Source: a virus (lineage: Duplodnaviria > Caudoviricetes). Taken from it: a DNA stretch of 64,000 nucleotides. This document shows positions 27,048-40,900 of this stretch, one piece after another; position 1 is the first letter of the stretch, and every line of letters starts with the position of its first letter. The DNA is taken from IMG/VR virus record IMGVR_UViG_3300028591_000087, positions 64,001 through 128,000 of that record. The stretch is one strand, 5' to 3'. Below the pieces are notes generated by a model. That model was not told where the DNA came from and ran no database searches. It saw only the letters and a list, made by a program, of their open reading frames with translations. Both the position numbers and the translations under genes were made by a program.

Positions 27048-29835
27048 TGCTTTACTTGATAAAGATTTTTTACAGAAGCTTGACGCTAATCGGCATAAGA
27101 CTCTCTATGCAAAAATTATTTCCTTGAACTTTGATGAAGATCCAATAGCAGAAATTACTGGCAATATTACTGGTGGTAGTATCAATGTTGATGGGTCTTC
27201 ATCTGTCCGCCGGTCATGTTCTCTCACTCTTGTTACAAATAGCGTTCGTATTAATGAAGTTGATTGGACTTTGCGCACAAAGTTTAGAGCTATGATTGGC
27301 GTGTAGAACACAGTTGATCCAAATTATGATGATGTTATTTGGTTCCCACAAGGAACATTTGTAATTACTTCATTTAGTTCTACATTAAATGATAAAGGAT
27401 ATACAATTAATATATCTGGTAAAGATAAGATGTGTTTACTTAATGGCGAAGTGGGCGGTTAGTTATTTGCGGCGCATGAATTCAGTACGATATATACTGA
27501 ACAAAAGGATGGTACGATAACTAAAACAAAAATACCTATTTCTACTATTGTGCGCGAAGCTGTTCATACCTATGGACAAGAACCATACTTTAATATTATT
27601 ATTAATGATTTAGAATCTTGCGGCGTTGAATTAATTGATTATATTGGCGACGATGCTAAGATGTATATTTTTGAACTCAAAGCACAAGATACAATGGACC
27701 CATATACACAACAGATTACATTTGAAGGGTCTTATATTGCTGATCTTTGGGATGCAGAGATAGAAGCTCATAATGGTTTAAAGCAAGATATTTATATGAC
27801 TATTGGTGATAGTGAAACTGGCTATTATGAATATCATTTATTAAAATGTATTGATCCGAATGAAGATCCTGATACTACCGCAGGTTATCGGGCAACAGAT
27901 CTTATTTATCCAAATGATTTAATTGTTAACATTGGTGGTAATATAACTTAGATGTTAGATGAGATTATTAAGATGCTTGGTGAGTTTGAATATTTTTATG
28001 ATGTAAATGGTAGATTTATTTTTCAACGTAAAAAGATTTATTATAATTCATCCTGGAATAATGCAATTACTTATGAGAATCAAACATATTATGATTCTGT
28101 AGCTAATAGTTCAGCAAGTGTTTATAATTTTCAATCTGGTTATTTAGTAAACTCATTCTAGAATAAACCAAATATCGGTGCAATTCGTAATGACTATTCA
28201 GTATGGGGTAAGCGCACAAGTGCGTCCGGTGATGAACTTCCTATTCATTTGCGCGAAGCCTTTGATGTGCGACCAACAATATATTACAGCCTATTGGATA
28301 GAAAAACTTATATGGCAGATTTTTATAGCTTTAAAGCTATTTCTGGATATAAGAAAGATGATTCTGGCAATTATATATATGACTCTATTGGTTAGCCGAT
28401 TCCAGAGTATACAATTGTATCTGGTAATTATGACTGGCGTGAATTGATTTATCAAATGGCGCGAGATAATCTCGCAGCCGATACAAAGATTAAAGCATTT
28501 AATTATGCGCTTCAAGAAAAATTTTATCATTATTCTGAATATAAAATGGATAAACAATAGGATTATTTACATTATTATAAATTTAATACTGTAACCGAAA
28601 AGTTTGAAGCATTAAAAGAACAAGATAAATCAGGACTTGAAGAAGAAGAATATGAAGCTCAACCAGGTTTGGCTGCTTATGAAGAGTGTAAAGAAAATGG
28701 TGTATATTTATTTGGTCCAGATATGTCAATGGCAGAATGGTATATAACTGATTCTACTATTGAACAATTGGAAAATGATATACGTTTTGGTGTATATTAT
28801 ATTTATGATGAACAACATGATACTTACGAAAAAGTTACGAAATATGATAAAGTAATTGAAGACTATGTGTATGGTGTAAATGATTATTAGACTTAGTTCT
28901 TAAATATATATTATTCCGCAGATTACACAATAGAACAAAAGCAAGTATTACTTAATGATCTATTAGAATTAAAAGAAAGAGAACAAGATCTATTAGATTA
29001 TTATAATCGTAATAATGTTATTGATGATCTATTGCATGAAATTGATGCATGGTCAAAGACGTTCAATACTGGTTATGATGCTTATTATGCGGATATGCTT
29101 TAGTTCTGGCCTTATATGTATAGAACTACAAATGTAATTCAATTTGTATATGATGAAGATGGCAATATTTCGCTTGATGATAATGGTGATCCAATTTATT
29201 CTTCATCAAGCATTCCGTCAAAGAAATGGAAAAAATGGTGTGACAATGGATATTGGAATCCTGATTTGATTTATTGGAATCCTCAAACAAGAGAGATTAC
29301 ATTTAAAAATCCTGAATTGTTATATTTTTGGATTGAATTTATTGAACAAGATACCGATCCATCTTTATGGGAGTACTCAGTCCCTGTCATCGGAAGACGG
29401 TCAAAATCAATTAATGATGATAAGGTAAAAGCTATCTATTTTAGAGAGACGCCTAATATTTTATTCGTAAGTTCTGATTGGGATGAAGTAAAAGGGTCTG
29501 AATATTTAGGATATGAAAGCATTACAACAGATCAAACTTGTATTGCTCATATTAACTTAGTACCACCAATATCTAATTATTTTCGCATTAGTCAATAGGG
29601 CAAGAGTGCAAAGGAAGTAATAGATGGTTTGATTTATGATGGTACTTATTATAAAGAATCTATTACTTTAAGTTGTATACCTATATATTATTTTGAACCT
29701 AACACGCGCATAACTGTTTAGGATGATATGACAGGTATTAACGGTGAATATCTTATTAAATCATTTTCTATTCCACTCGCTCACGATGGGTTCATGTCCA
29801 TTCAAGCGACGCGTGTTGTTGATAGAATAGATTAA
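27037..29835 (+). CDS. Baseplate hub/Tal-like tail protein (DUF5048-like, ~932 aa)
   Basis: Same-frame fragments joined through TAG; N-terminal EITGNITGGSINVDGSSSVRRSCSLTL, FEYFYDVNGRFIFQ, C-terminal IPIYYFEPNTRI...GEYLIKSFSIPL; ends at TAA 29833-29835. Confidence 0.75.
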
Positions 29836-29849
29836 GGAGGAAACGGAGA

Positions 29850-30182
29850 ATGGCGAAGAGAATTGGTTAGATTCGTTATTTCGGTGAGAAAGATAAACAA
29901 AATTATCCGGCAACGATTAATGCAACTCGCTTGCGCACCGGGGCAGCCTTTACTTCTGTATACCCTATTGTTCAATTAGGTATACAAACTATGCCGGGCA
30001 CAAAGTTCTATGTAAATAACCATACAACTCCTGTCGTAGTTGGAGCTACTGGTATTTACGAATTGGACGTTGATGGTTTATCTAATATTACTGATATTCA
30101 ATTTGATGATAAATCTTTATAGATGATAAATGGTAATGCGAATGCATATATTATAATCGACTATATTTATGAAACGGAGTGA
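29850..30182 (+). CDS. Small virion beta-sandwich protein (110 aa)
   Basis: RBS and ATG 29850; MAKRIGQIRYFG...QLGIQTMPGTKFY...GATGIYEL; two TAGs; ends in TGA. Confidence 0.75.
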
Positions 30183-30187
30183 GCTAA

Positions 30188-32929
30188 ATGGGATTTTATG
30201 GTAAGATAGCTAACTCCAATAAGACAGCTTTTAGTTTTGATATAACTTATTAGACCAGACAATACATGGATGAAATGGCTCAATCCGATGGTGTCTTTAT
30301 TGGTCGTTATGTTTTGATTGAATATGATGAACCACCTATCACAGGTTATTTTAATGGTACTGATTTCTATACAACTCCTACATTTAATTCGGCAGTTGTA
30401 GAAACAAAAATCGAACCTCGTGAAGGTGTTGTTTATCAAGATTTAATGAAATATAATAGTGTTGCTTCTTTCTATCGTTGGGATGGCGAGAGATATGTAG
30501 CGCTTGATGTTTCAACTGGATACGCAGCTTGCTTTAATACAGACGTTATTCGCTATGGACGTGGTTATGATTCTACTGCTTGGATGAAAACATGGGATAC
30601 TACAAATCAGCGGTATCGCTATGTAATGGTAGCAGAATTAAATACTATTGTTCCTACTTTTAGTATTATTGCGGACTAGCCTGGTGATGCACCAACCGCG
30701 CCTTATTTTGATAGAGATTCTAGCAATGTAAATTATTTCTTACACGTACAAAGTGCTTGGCAATCAAGTATTCGTTAGGCTAATCCGCAAGGGCGTTTAG
30801 GAGATAATGACAGAATTATTCCTTCAAAAGACGCTTTTGATGTATCTGATGAAAATGTTTCATTTACAAAAATTAATTGGAGTAGTGACGTAAACTTAAA
30901 TCAGCAATTCTATGCTATTGAAGAGTACAATACTCCTGGTGATATTTTCTATAATAAAGCTGGTTTCCAAAAAGAACAACGCAACTTTTATACTTTAGCT
31001 ATTGATCCAGATCGTCCAAACGATCCTACTGATGGTAAGATGATTAATACTATCAACTATGATTTAAATCGTAGTGGTAGACGTTATGGCGCGGGCTTAA
31101 ACGCAAGTGGTACTGCGTGGACTTCTGGTAAAACTGCTGATGATATGATGTAGTGGTATATTCATTTACCGATTCTTGGTAATTCTATTTGTACTCTTTG
31201 GGATACATTATATGGATATGATACTCAAACTAATTCAAGATATACTCGTTTAGGATCTCAGCGTAGTGATCCGGATTCTAAAGTAAGTTATAATACCGCT
31301 TCAGCTATTGGTTGTATTAATAGAATCCGTGATATGCTTGGTTGGGGTATCCAACAATTAGATCAGCAAACAACTATTGGAACTACTACTTTAAATAGTG
31401 CTGATGCAGATAAACTTTATTATACTTTAACCAGTGAAGGTTTAGAAAAAGAAGAAGAAATTGTGGATAAGTATTATTACTATGCTTATTATCCTCTTTG
31501 GGTTGAAGTATTTTATGATAGTGTAAATAATGAATGGTACTATAATACAGAAGAAGAAGGTCGTGTTGTAATTGAAACATCCGATCATCATCCTGATTAT
31601 TATAGATTATATTATTTAGATCCTAAAGACCATATTTATAAGCATGTACAAGGTACATTATATCAAAGTCAATTGACTGATGGCACACCAATGCCAGCTT
31701 ATTATCAGCATTATTATACTCCACAACCTCAATGGATTTTGACTGAATTAGAAGCTCCAGATGAAGATTCATTATATGGGTTAATTTTACGTTTGCATCA
31801 ATTGATTGGAACTAATGCTGAAACTGAACGCAATCCAGAATCTTTGTGGGGAGTTATCAATATTATGAATGACACAATCAAGAATATTGGTAAACAACTC
31901 GCACCACAAAGAATTTTAGCTACTGACCAAGGTGGTCAGATTATTACAACTAATACTGAGTTCCCATTTGCGGCCACTCGCACAACAGTAACAGATAAAA
32001 ACAATGTAATTCACAATGTGACTGGTGGACATGAAAGTCTTACAAGCTAGGGTGAATGGCGTTTGCTTCCAGATTATAAGTTATATACCTATTCTGAAAT
32101 GAACGATCAGAATGGTCTAGCTTATTTTGATGCTGGCTATTATGGAAATAGTAATAAGCATATTGTTGAACAAACAGATACTTTAGGTGAAGCTATTCGT
32201 AAGATTTCAAATGAATTAGCTGATTTGAATTATCAACCACAAACTGCAAAGCTCTTCGCGCACGCAAGAGTAGAGGGCGAAGCTAATTCAGATTATCTTG
32301 CTGTTGAAAATGGAAAAAATATTACCGATATAACTCTTGATTATGAATTAAATAAAGGTCCTCGTTACTCTATTTCAATTCAAGATATTACGGGAACTCC
32401 TCGTACAATTTATTCTGCGACTATCAGTGATACATTGGCGCACTTAGCCAGTGGATATGCTGAAACTGCTACTGGCACTCAGCACGATACTGATGGTATT
32501 GAAAGTACGATAGGTAATAGAGACCATGATATTACGTATCGTATATCTGTTGTAGATGAACGTTCTAATACTGCAACAGCAAATGCAGTGATTAAATATA
32601 TGAACAAATGTTATTGGGGCGTTGGATCTGCATACAGCGCTAGTGCTCTTGATAATATTACTCATTTGGACAATGCTATTACTGGTGGCTCAAAACTTAC
32701 GAGAGAAAAGTTCAATCCACCTACAATGATAGCAGGAGAAAATCAATATGTTTATTGGATGCAACCTGCTTCATTTGATGATCCTATTTTCCGCATGAAC
32801 TGTGTTGAAGGTGGAATGGATTACTTAGGCATTGTTGAATTTACTAATGCTTCTAATTATGCAACAAATTATAAAGTATGGCGTAGCACTAATACCAAAC
32901 TTGGTAAAGTTGATTTAATGGTACTATAA
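30188..32929 (+). CDS. Tail-associated structural protein (~913 aa)
   Basis: MGFYGKIANSNKTAFSFDITYQTR; fragments 30266, 31334 and 32063 in frame through TAG; ends in TAA. Confidence 0.75.
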
Positions 32930-32942
32930 GGAGGGAATATAA

Positions 32943-35171
32943 ATGCAAACAATGGATCATAATAACTTACAATTTCCACAAGGAGAAAATTTATATTCCA
33001 CTCCATATGATTATAATAAGACACTAGGTTTAGATGAAAATTGTGTATTAACTAATGAGCGCACATATGCTGGCACAGTAGTAGTGCCATCAGGTTTGAC
33101 GCAAGTTAATGGAAATGATTTCCCATTAATTCATGCAAAAGACATACAGATTGGTAATTATCCGCAAGATAGATTAACTTATAAGTTAGAAGTTTATGAT
33201 GCTATCTTGCGTGATTTATATGGCACAAGTTCTCCAACGGTTTTGGAAGCATTGCCAGATGGACGTGATCCATTAGATCTTGCTTCTATTGGAGACAATG
33301 ATGGAGCCTCTGGATTAACTGGCATACATTCTTTAACACGTATTGCTCAAATTCTCAACAATAGAACTGAAACGATTGATGATCGTATTATTGATCTTCG
33401 TATTTTTAAGACTGTAAGCATTGGTGCGCAAGGTACATATACTAGTGATTGGGAGACTGGGTCAGAAGCAACTGATTTGATTTCTGATAGTAATCATGAT
33501 ACATTATCAATTGCATCTAAAAATAAATGGATTATTTTAGATGCAGATACCGATCATGACTCATTCACTATTGGTCACTATAAGAAAGACTTTAATCCTA
33601 CTACAAGCACATTAGATTTAAATAGTTCTGGTACTTTTGATATACCTTCTTATGTATATGATGAAGCTGGTCATGTAACTGCAAAAGATACAAAGACATT
33701 AACATTGCCTTATAATTATAAGACAATCGCTTTAAACAATGCTTTGTCAACTGCTGTTACTGATATCACTACGAATAACACATCTGTTGTAGCTGACGAT
33801 CAAGTAGAAACAGTTACATTTATTGCTGGCAATAAATGGATTAGATTTGCTGGCGAAACTACGACAGGTAAATCAATTACCTTCGCGCATTTGCTCTCTG
33901 TATTAACATAGGGTGCTCATGCAAGTGGTTGGTCATTAGATGCGCAAACGCCATTATTTGGTGCGACGTTTAATATGCTTATTCCGGCAGTTTCTTTCAC
34001 TACTGATGAAGCAGGTCATATAACTGCATATGAATATTCAAATAGTACAACGACAGTATAGATCCCTATGCTATCTGTTGTTGATAATGCAACAGGTGAT
34101 ATTGTAACTGGATTAAGTGTACAAACTTCCAATAATACAAGTAATGGTACATTTACAACTACTCGCGCATATGTTGGATCATTTGCATTAACTGGTTATA
34201 TTGCACCAGATTTACCATTTGGATATTATGCATCTACTGATAATAATCCAGAACATATAAAGAAAGTACGTAGTAGTATCGCTGCGACAGATACACTACA
34301 ATCTGCTATTGCTTCTTTACAAACTTATGCTTATAATAACCAGGTGGCTATTGAAACAGAAGTTGTTGATCGTCAACAGGCAATTACTAATTTGATTAAT
34401 GGCGCATCATCAGATTATGATACATTAAAAGAATTAGAAGATGCAATAAAGCAAGAAGTTACTGATCGTGGCATTGCAATTACTAATTTAATAAATGGTG
34501 CTTCTGATGGCTATGATACTTTTAAAGAGTTAGAGGATGCTATTAAACAAGAGACGACAGATCGTGGCACAGCCTTAACGAACTTAGTAAATAATGCGAG
34601 TGCTAACTTCGACACTCTTGGCGAGATTGAAACTTAGGTTACTAACCATACCAGTAACACAAGCAATCCTCATCAAGTAACAGCCACACAGGTTGGTTTA
34701 GGTAATGTTACTAATGACGCGCAGATTAAAGCATTAAGTTCATTAGCTTCTGGCAATGTTGGCAAAGTTGCTATTTGGTCTGCGGCAAATGAATTGGGCG
34801 TAAGTGATTATACTATTGGTAAATCAGTTCCTTCTGATGCAGTGCTTACTGCTACTGCTATTAATGAATTGATTACTACACAATTAGAAAGTTTCTCTAA
34901 GAATTTTGATATGACTGTGAAGATGCCGAACTCTGTTTCTTGGGCATACAATGAAGATACAGGTATATTAAGTGCTTCTCAAGTTGGGGATTTGTCTGGT
35001 GTTACTATTTCGATCGAAAAAAACGAGGGCTCCAGTTGGGTTCCCGTTACCGATCCCGTCCCAGCAGATGGAGACGAGTTCAGAGCTATCGCTTCAAGAA
35101 CTCTCACCGTTGGTGAATCAACATTCTCTGGAACGAAGATATTCAATCAAACTTATACTTATCACGAATAA
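32943..35171 (+). CDS. Tail fibre-like protein (~742 aa)
   Basis: Three fragments joined through TAG; DEAGHVT motifs, DTLKEL repeats, NPHQVTATQVGLGNVTND fibre motif. Confidence 0.75.
34356..34635 (+). repeat. Three 96-nt (32-aa) tandem repeats within the fibre gene
   Basis: AITNLINGASSDYDTLKELEDAIKQEVTDRG-like units starting at 34380, 34476 and 34572. Confidence 0.85.
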
Positions 35172-35178
35172 AATATCT

Positions 35179-35214
35179 GGGTCTATGTTGGTTAATCCAC
35201 ATAGACCCTTTTTT
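35179..35214 (+). terminator. Rho-independent terminator
   Basis: GGGTCTATGT-10 nt loop-ACATAGACCC-TTTTTT. Confidence 0.75.
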
Positions 35215-35259
35215 AATGTATAAAGATGAGAAAACTATTTACCGAAGGAGTTGAATTAT

Positions 35260-36174
35260 ATGGCTGAATCCAATACTAAAGTGTTGTTCAAATTTGGCTC
35301 TAGAGCGGAATATGAATCCTTGTCACCGATACAAATACAAAATAATGCGTTATACTTTTTAACTGATACTAATGAGTTATATCGTGGTTCCGTACCGATG
35401 TGTAAGTCTCATTATTATGAAGGCGAAGTACAGAAAGAAGAAACAGTATTACACGCACAAGCTCGTATTCTCGATGAGGCAATTCCGGTAGCTAATGATA
35501 TTCTCGTTTTATGCTATGAGAATGGTAATAGAATTCCATATATCTATACTGAAGACGCAGGTTGGAAATTATTAATCAACGTTGTTGTTGAAGGTTCCAC
35601 TCCTGTTGAAGCAGGTATGGATTATGACGCACTTGATGAGGATGTTTTCTCTACAATTGAAGAAAATAATGAAACAGTTGGTTTTACACTTAAAGATTTT
35701 GGTGTAAAGTATTATGATTATGTTGATGGTAATTATGTTTTGGTTACTGTTGACGATCAGCATCCTTGGCCAACTGGTCTTACTCCAAGAGTAACCTTGG
35801 AGAATGGTCGCCCAGTATTAGGTTGGTTTATGCCGAATCCGGATACTGGTGCGGGACAAGCTGAAGATCTTACTGCGCTTAAGCAGGATGTTGCTGACTT
35901 AAAGTCAATTGTAGGTCATGCCGGCACAGGTAGTTCCCCAGCTACTGGTTTAGTCCAGAAAGTTGGATCTTTGGTTGAAAAGATTAAGATAGGTAGCACA
36001 ACCCTTACTCCAGTTGATGGTATATTAGAGCTTAATATTTTCGACGGTACAAATAATGGTTTAGTTCCAAAACCTTCCGGAATTAGCGGAATTAAAGTTC
36101 TTGGTTCTAATGGTTATTGGCTTGATCCAAATGATTTCTTTGAACTTGAATGGAAACCTATTTTAGAATCATAA
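35260..36174 (+). CDS. Tail appendage protein with Mtd/hyaluronidase-like N-terminal anchor
   Basis: ATG after GAAGGAG; VLFKFGSRAEY...ALYFLTDTNELY; no TAG. Confidence 0.65.
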   Translation: MAESNTKVLFKFGSRAEYESLSPIQIQNNALYFLTDTNELYRGSVPMCKSHYYEGEVQKEETVLHAQARILDEAIPVANDILVLCYENGNRIPYIYTEDAGWKLLINVVVEGSTPVEAGMDYDALDEDVFSTIEENNETVGFTLKDFGVKYYDYVDGNYVLVTVDDQHPWPTGLTPRVTLENGRPVLGWFMPNPDTGAGQAEDLTALKQDVADLKSIVGHAGTGSSPATGLVQKVGSLVEKIKIGSTTLTPVDGILELNIFDGTNNGLVPKPSGISGIKVLGSNGYWLDPNDFFELEWKPILES

Positions 36175-36195
36175 TGACAGCAAGGAGGAAATATA

Positions 36196-37899
36196 ATGGC
36201 TAATTTGTTTTTTAAGCGTGGTTTAAAAGCTAACCTTGCTACTGCAGCCGTTCAAGACGGTGCTATTTATGTAACTACCGATGAACACGCAATGTATGTT
36301 GACGTTGGTGAAACTCGTATTCGTTTAGGCGATTTTAGAGAATACCCAACTTGGGCAAAAATTGCAGCGTTACCAGCAGCTAAATTAGATACCACAGCTC
36401 TTTATTATGCAGCCCAGGAAAATATTCTTTGTAAATATACTGGAGATCCAGCTGGTGCCGATGGTGGTTGGGTACAAATTAATGCTCAGTCTAATTTAGC
36501 AGGCATTTTAACCGCAGTTATTAATTCTACTACTGCTATTGCAGGTACTAACAATGTTGGAGCAGGTACCGCAGTACAGACTGATTATAAAGATAAGAAT
36601 AGTGTAACTGCACGCACTAGCACTGTAAATTATGTTTCTGGTAATGAATATATTAATGTCGCAGGTTCTTCAAATGCGCAGACTGGTGTAGCGACAGTAA
36701 CTATTACTCCAGAGCATATTGTTGAAAGTGCTTCTATTAATGCAGCTGAAGACCAGAATAATGCTGGTGATGTTAAGTTAATTATTACTAACAGCAAGAC
36801 TGGTACTACTGCGTAGGGCACTGCAGTCAACAATTCTACTGAATCTTTCATTACCTTAAGAGGTAACGGCATTGCTTTAGCAGAAAATAATGGCATTTTA
36901 ACCTTCACCAATGAAGGCGGCGTTGTTAGTGTTAACAATGCATTTGACTCTAATGGTAAGTTCGAAACAGTTGTTACATTGACAACTGGTGACACAGTAA
37001 GATCTAATACTGTATCTCCTGCAACAGCTCTTACACCTACTATTCGTTATGGTCAGGTTACTTCTGATGCAGTATTCGCAAATGGCGTAGCTGTTCTTGA
37101 TATTTATACTAAGAGTGAAGTAGATACCAAGATCTCTAATGAACTTAGGGCTGTTAATGCAATGACCTTCAAGGGTGCTATTGGTCAGGGTATGGGCGCG
37201 TCTTCTGATGATTTACCTACATCTAATGTCGCTAATGGTGATACATATATTGTAAATTCTGATGGCGATTATGGTGATGATGGCACTAATTACTTATATC
37301 CAGATTGCCGCAAGGGCGATTTGTTCCTCGCTCAAGGTACTGAAGGGACAGATGGATATATTCCAGCAAATGATCTTACTTGGATTTATATTCCATCTGG
37401 TGATGATATTTCTCAGACCTATTCATTCAAATATGATAATTCCACTGGTAAGGTTCAGTTAGTTGATTCTGCACTTAGTCCTGTAAGTTCTATCGTTGCT
37501 GGAACTGATATTGCGCTTAGCGGTGATAATACTACTAAGGATATGACAATTAGCCATGCTAATGTCACCCGTACTAATACCACCGGTACCGCACAGACTC
37601 AGGTATCTGGTAATGGTCCATTTGCGGTAAGTGTAATTACCGGTGTTACTACATCTGCTACTGGCCATGTAACAGGAGTTGAAACAACTACTCTTACAAT
37701 TGCCGATGAATTCAATCAGCTTCTTTCTCTTGGTGTTACTACTTCTGTTGAACAGAATGGTGATGCTAAGATTAACATTGCTGTTGCAGATGGTAAGACT
37801 TCAGTAAATAATGACTTGTACTTGCGTTCTAATTCTCTCACCTTTGGTTCTGCTTCTGGTGGAGTTACAACAATTGAAATGCAGTGGGGTTCATTCTAA
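36196..37899 (+). CDS. Tail fibre/appendage protein (567 aa)
   Basis: LFFKRGLKANL...DGAIYVTTD N-terminus; a single TAG at 36814 joins two track ORFs; AMTFKG and WIYIPSGDD fibre motifs. Confidence 0.8.
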
Positions 37900-37906
37900 T
37901 AAAAAA

Positions 37907-37939
37907 AATAAAGGGGCGGTGAAAACCGCCCCTATTATT
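37907..37939 (+). terminator. Hairpin terminator, possibly bidirectional
   Basis: A-run, then GGGGCGGT-GAAA-ACCGCCCC, then TATTATT. Confidence 0.65.
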
Positions 37940-37962
37940 GTCAGAGAGAAGGGAGTTTTAAA

Positions 37963-40900
37963 ATGGCTTTCAGCACATCTAGCGATCCTTTTAAAGTGTA
38001 TCGTGGTTTAGAAGCAAAGATAAAAGACGAATATCAAACTCCTATTGTCAATGGCCGTGTATATTTTGCTTATGACTCTGATAAAATCTTCTATGACGCT
38101 CAGGGCGTTCGTCATGAAATTTCTGGCGGCGGTGATGTATCATTTATCAAAGCCAAAAGTGCGCCTACATTTGAAGGCGATACTGGTTATTATGTCTTCC
38201 CTATGGCAGATATCGAAGCTAAGAAATTAGCAGTTGATAATATTGTCTTAGCAATAGATGACTGTATCTACCGTGTAGTTATCATTGATGACGAAACAAA
38301 TGTAGTTAAAACAAAGCAGATAGCCGGCGGTGGCGGCGGTGGTGGTGTAACTAATCCACTTACAATTACCACAGTGTCTAATTTCCCTAACCGTACTATT
38401 GATACGGAAGATGTAACTTGTACGATCAAAGTTAATTCTATGATTACAACTGATCAGACTTGTATGTTACAAGTATTTGTCAATAACGTAGAAGTTACTA
38501 ATTTAGGTAATTTGGATTTCCCACTCCGCACAGAGGCTGATTTCACAATCCCTCATCGTTATTATCGTTTAGATGGTGTTAATGAAGTTAAATTTGTTGC
38601 AACAGTTGATGAGAATACAAAAGAAAAGACAATGCGTTTCTATGCGTTCCATTCTGAATTTGCTGTAACTGATTTCAACTATCGCGCACCTTACGGCACA
38701 GATGAGGCAGTAACCAAAGTTTTAAACATTGGTTATAGTTTTACTGGCTTGGATGAAATCTATGGTCATATTCATTTCACTATTGATGGAGAAGAACTCT
38801 GGGATCTTAGTAATGAGATCGATCAACAGGTTCTTGCGGCTGGCGGCGGTCAGATTAGAAGCTCCATTGGTAGTTTAACAATTTCTTGTTTAAGAGAAGA
38901 GTTTGTTACTCTTGAACATGGAAATCACACTTTGACTCTTAATGCTTATGCAGTTGTTAATAATGAAGAGTTCTTTGTTAATTCTGTAAGCTATGATATT
39001 ATTTGGGCAACAGAAGCTGGCGCAGATACACCAATTATTATTAGTGCTTATCCAGACTATGCAGAAGAAGAAAACTATAATATCATTAGTATTCCTTATT
39101 TGATTTATGCAAAGAATACTGAAAAGATTATTACACATTTGTATGTTAATAATCAAGAGTTAGCAACGAGTCCTATTAACTATGAAAATAAAGGTTACAA
39201 TAGCTGGCAGTATTGGACTGTTTCTAAGTATACTCCTAACTTCACTAACACATTCTCTATGTTAGCCAATGTTGGTGGTAAGACTGCAATTCGTGAATTT
39301 ACAGTTAAGATTACCCCAAGTGATTTGAAGTTAGATGGTATTGCTGATGGTTTATTGTTATATTTAAGCGCACAAGATCGTTCTAATGCAGAATCTGCAT
39401 TAAGTCGTCAGACTTGGACTTATACGAATGACGCAAACAATCAGACCACCAATGCTCAATTCAGTGGCTTTAACTGGTATAATAATGGTTGGCAATTGGA
39501 CGATGATGGTGATAATGTACTTCGTTTAAACAACGGGGCGAGAGTAACCATTCCATTCGATCAAGTGTTACAAGTTGATATGCCATCCAGAGGTTTCACT
39601 ATTGAAACTGAATTTCGTTGTCGTAACGCTATTAACTTCGCTAAGTTATTAACTTATTCTTCTAAATCTATTCAGGATACGGATGAATATGGCAACTTAT
39701 TATGGGAAACTGAAGTTGTATATGAAGAAGATGGCGTAACGCCTAAGATGAAGATTCAGATGATGCGTGACGAGCATGGTCAAGAGACAGATATTCCTGT
39801 ACAGGTTGTTGACGCACGTGGTCACTTAGCGTATGAGATCCATACTGGAGATGATCCAGAAACTGGAGAAGAAATTTGGGCAACTTATTATGCTTGGGAA
39901 GATGAGCAAGGTAATGTTACTTATTGGACCAAGAAGAACGTACAATATGCCGATGATCAAGGTAATCCAATTATTCCTGCTCCAGCAAATATTAGACCTA
40001 TTTATGTTTATGAAGAAGTAACAAGAAACGTAAAGAGAGATCCTAATGGCGCAGATGAAGCAAGTAACTGGGTTCCTATTATGGTTGCTGATGGTGCTGT
40101 TACTAAATAGATCAATTATGTTTTAGATGACAATGGCGATCCTACTGATCAAGTAGCTAATGCTGTTGGTACCTTCTTCGGAAATAAACGTGGTTTGTGT
40201 ATTGGTACACAAGAAGCTTTCTTCGCTTCTCGTGACATCACAGTAAACGTTCGTTATGCTGATAATGATAAAGTAAAGATTTCTGTCGTTGCTGACACAG
40301 TATCTAAATTACTTTATATCTATATTAATGCTGTTCTTTCTGGTGTTGAGCGTTTTAGTGATAGAGACGTATTCTCTACTGGCGCGCTTGGAATGATCTT
40401 CAATTCTGATTATTGTGACTTAGACCTTTATACAATTCGTATTTATAATAAGCCACTTAATTTTGCTGAAATTGTTTAGAACTGGGTTGGTGACGCTCCT
40501 AACTTACAGGAAAAGAGAAAACGTTATCAAGAGAATAGTATTACTCATATTGATAGCCGCAATGGCTATGTAACATTAGACTATGATTTAACTAGAAAGT
40601 TAAGTAAGGATATGGCTGATAATTATAAGACTCAGATTGCTCTTGGTAATTCCGATGCGCAAAAGGGTCTTCCAATTGCAGTTATTTCTACTTATCCTTC
40701 TCACCTATCTAACGATACTAAGTCTGACTTGTTACCTTATAATAAGGCAATCAAGCAGTATGTTGATATTCGTTTCTGGGATCCAAATGGTGATGTACCG
40801 AGCTTTAAGGCACAAGACTTTGAATTATCTGTTCAGGGTACATCTTCTCAAGGTTATCCTCGTCGTAATTATAAAGCTAAATTGAAAGCAACTGATGCGG

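Noticed and set aside
4818-29835. Apparent pseudogenes or a degraded prophage (many short ORF fragments)
   Set aside because: The breaks examined are all TAG, with no frameshifts and no TAA/TGA. Random decay would not give this pattern; recoding explains it.
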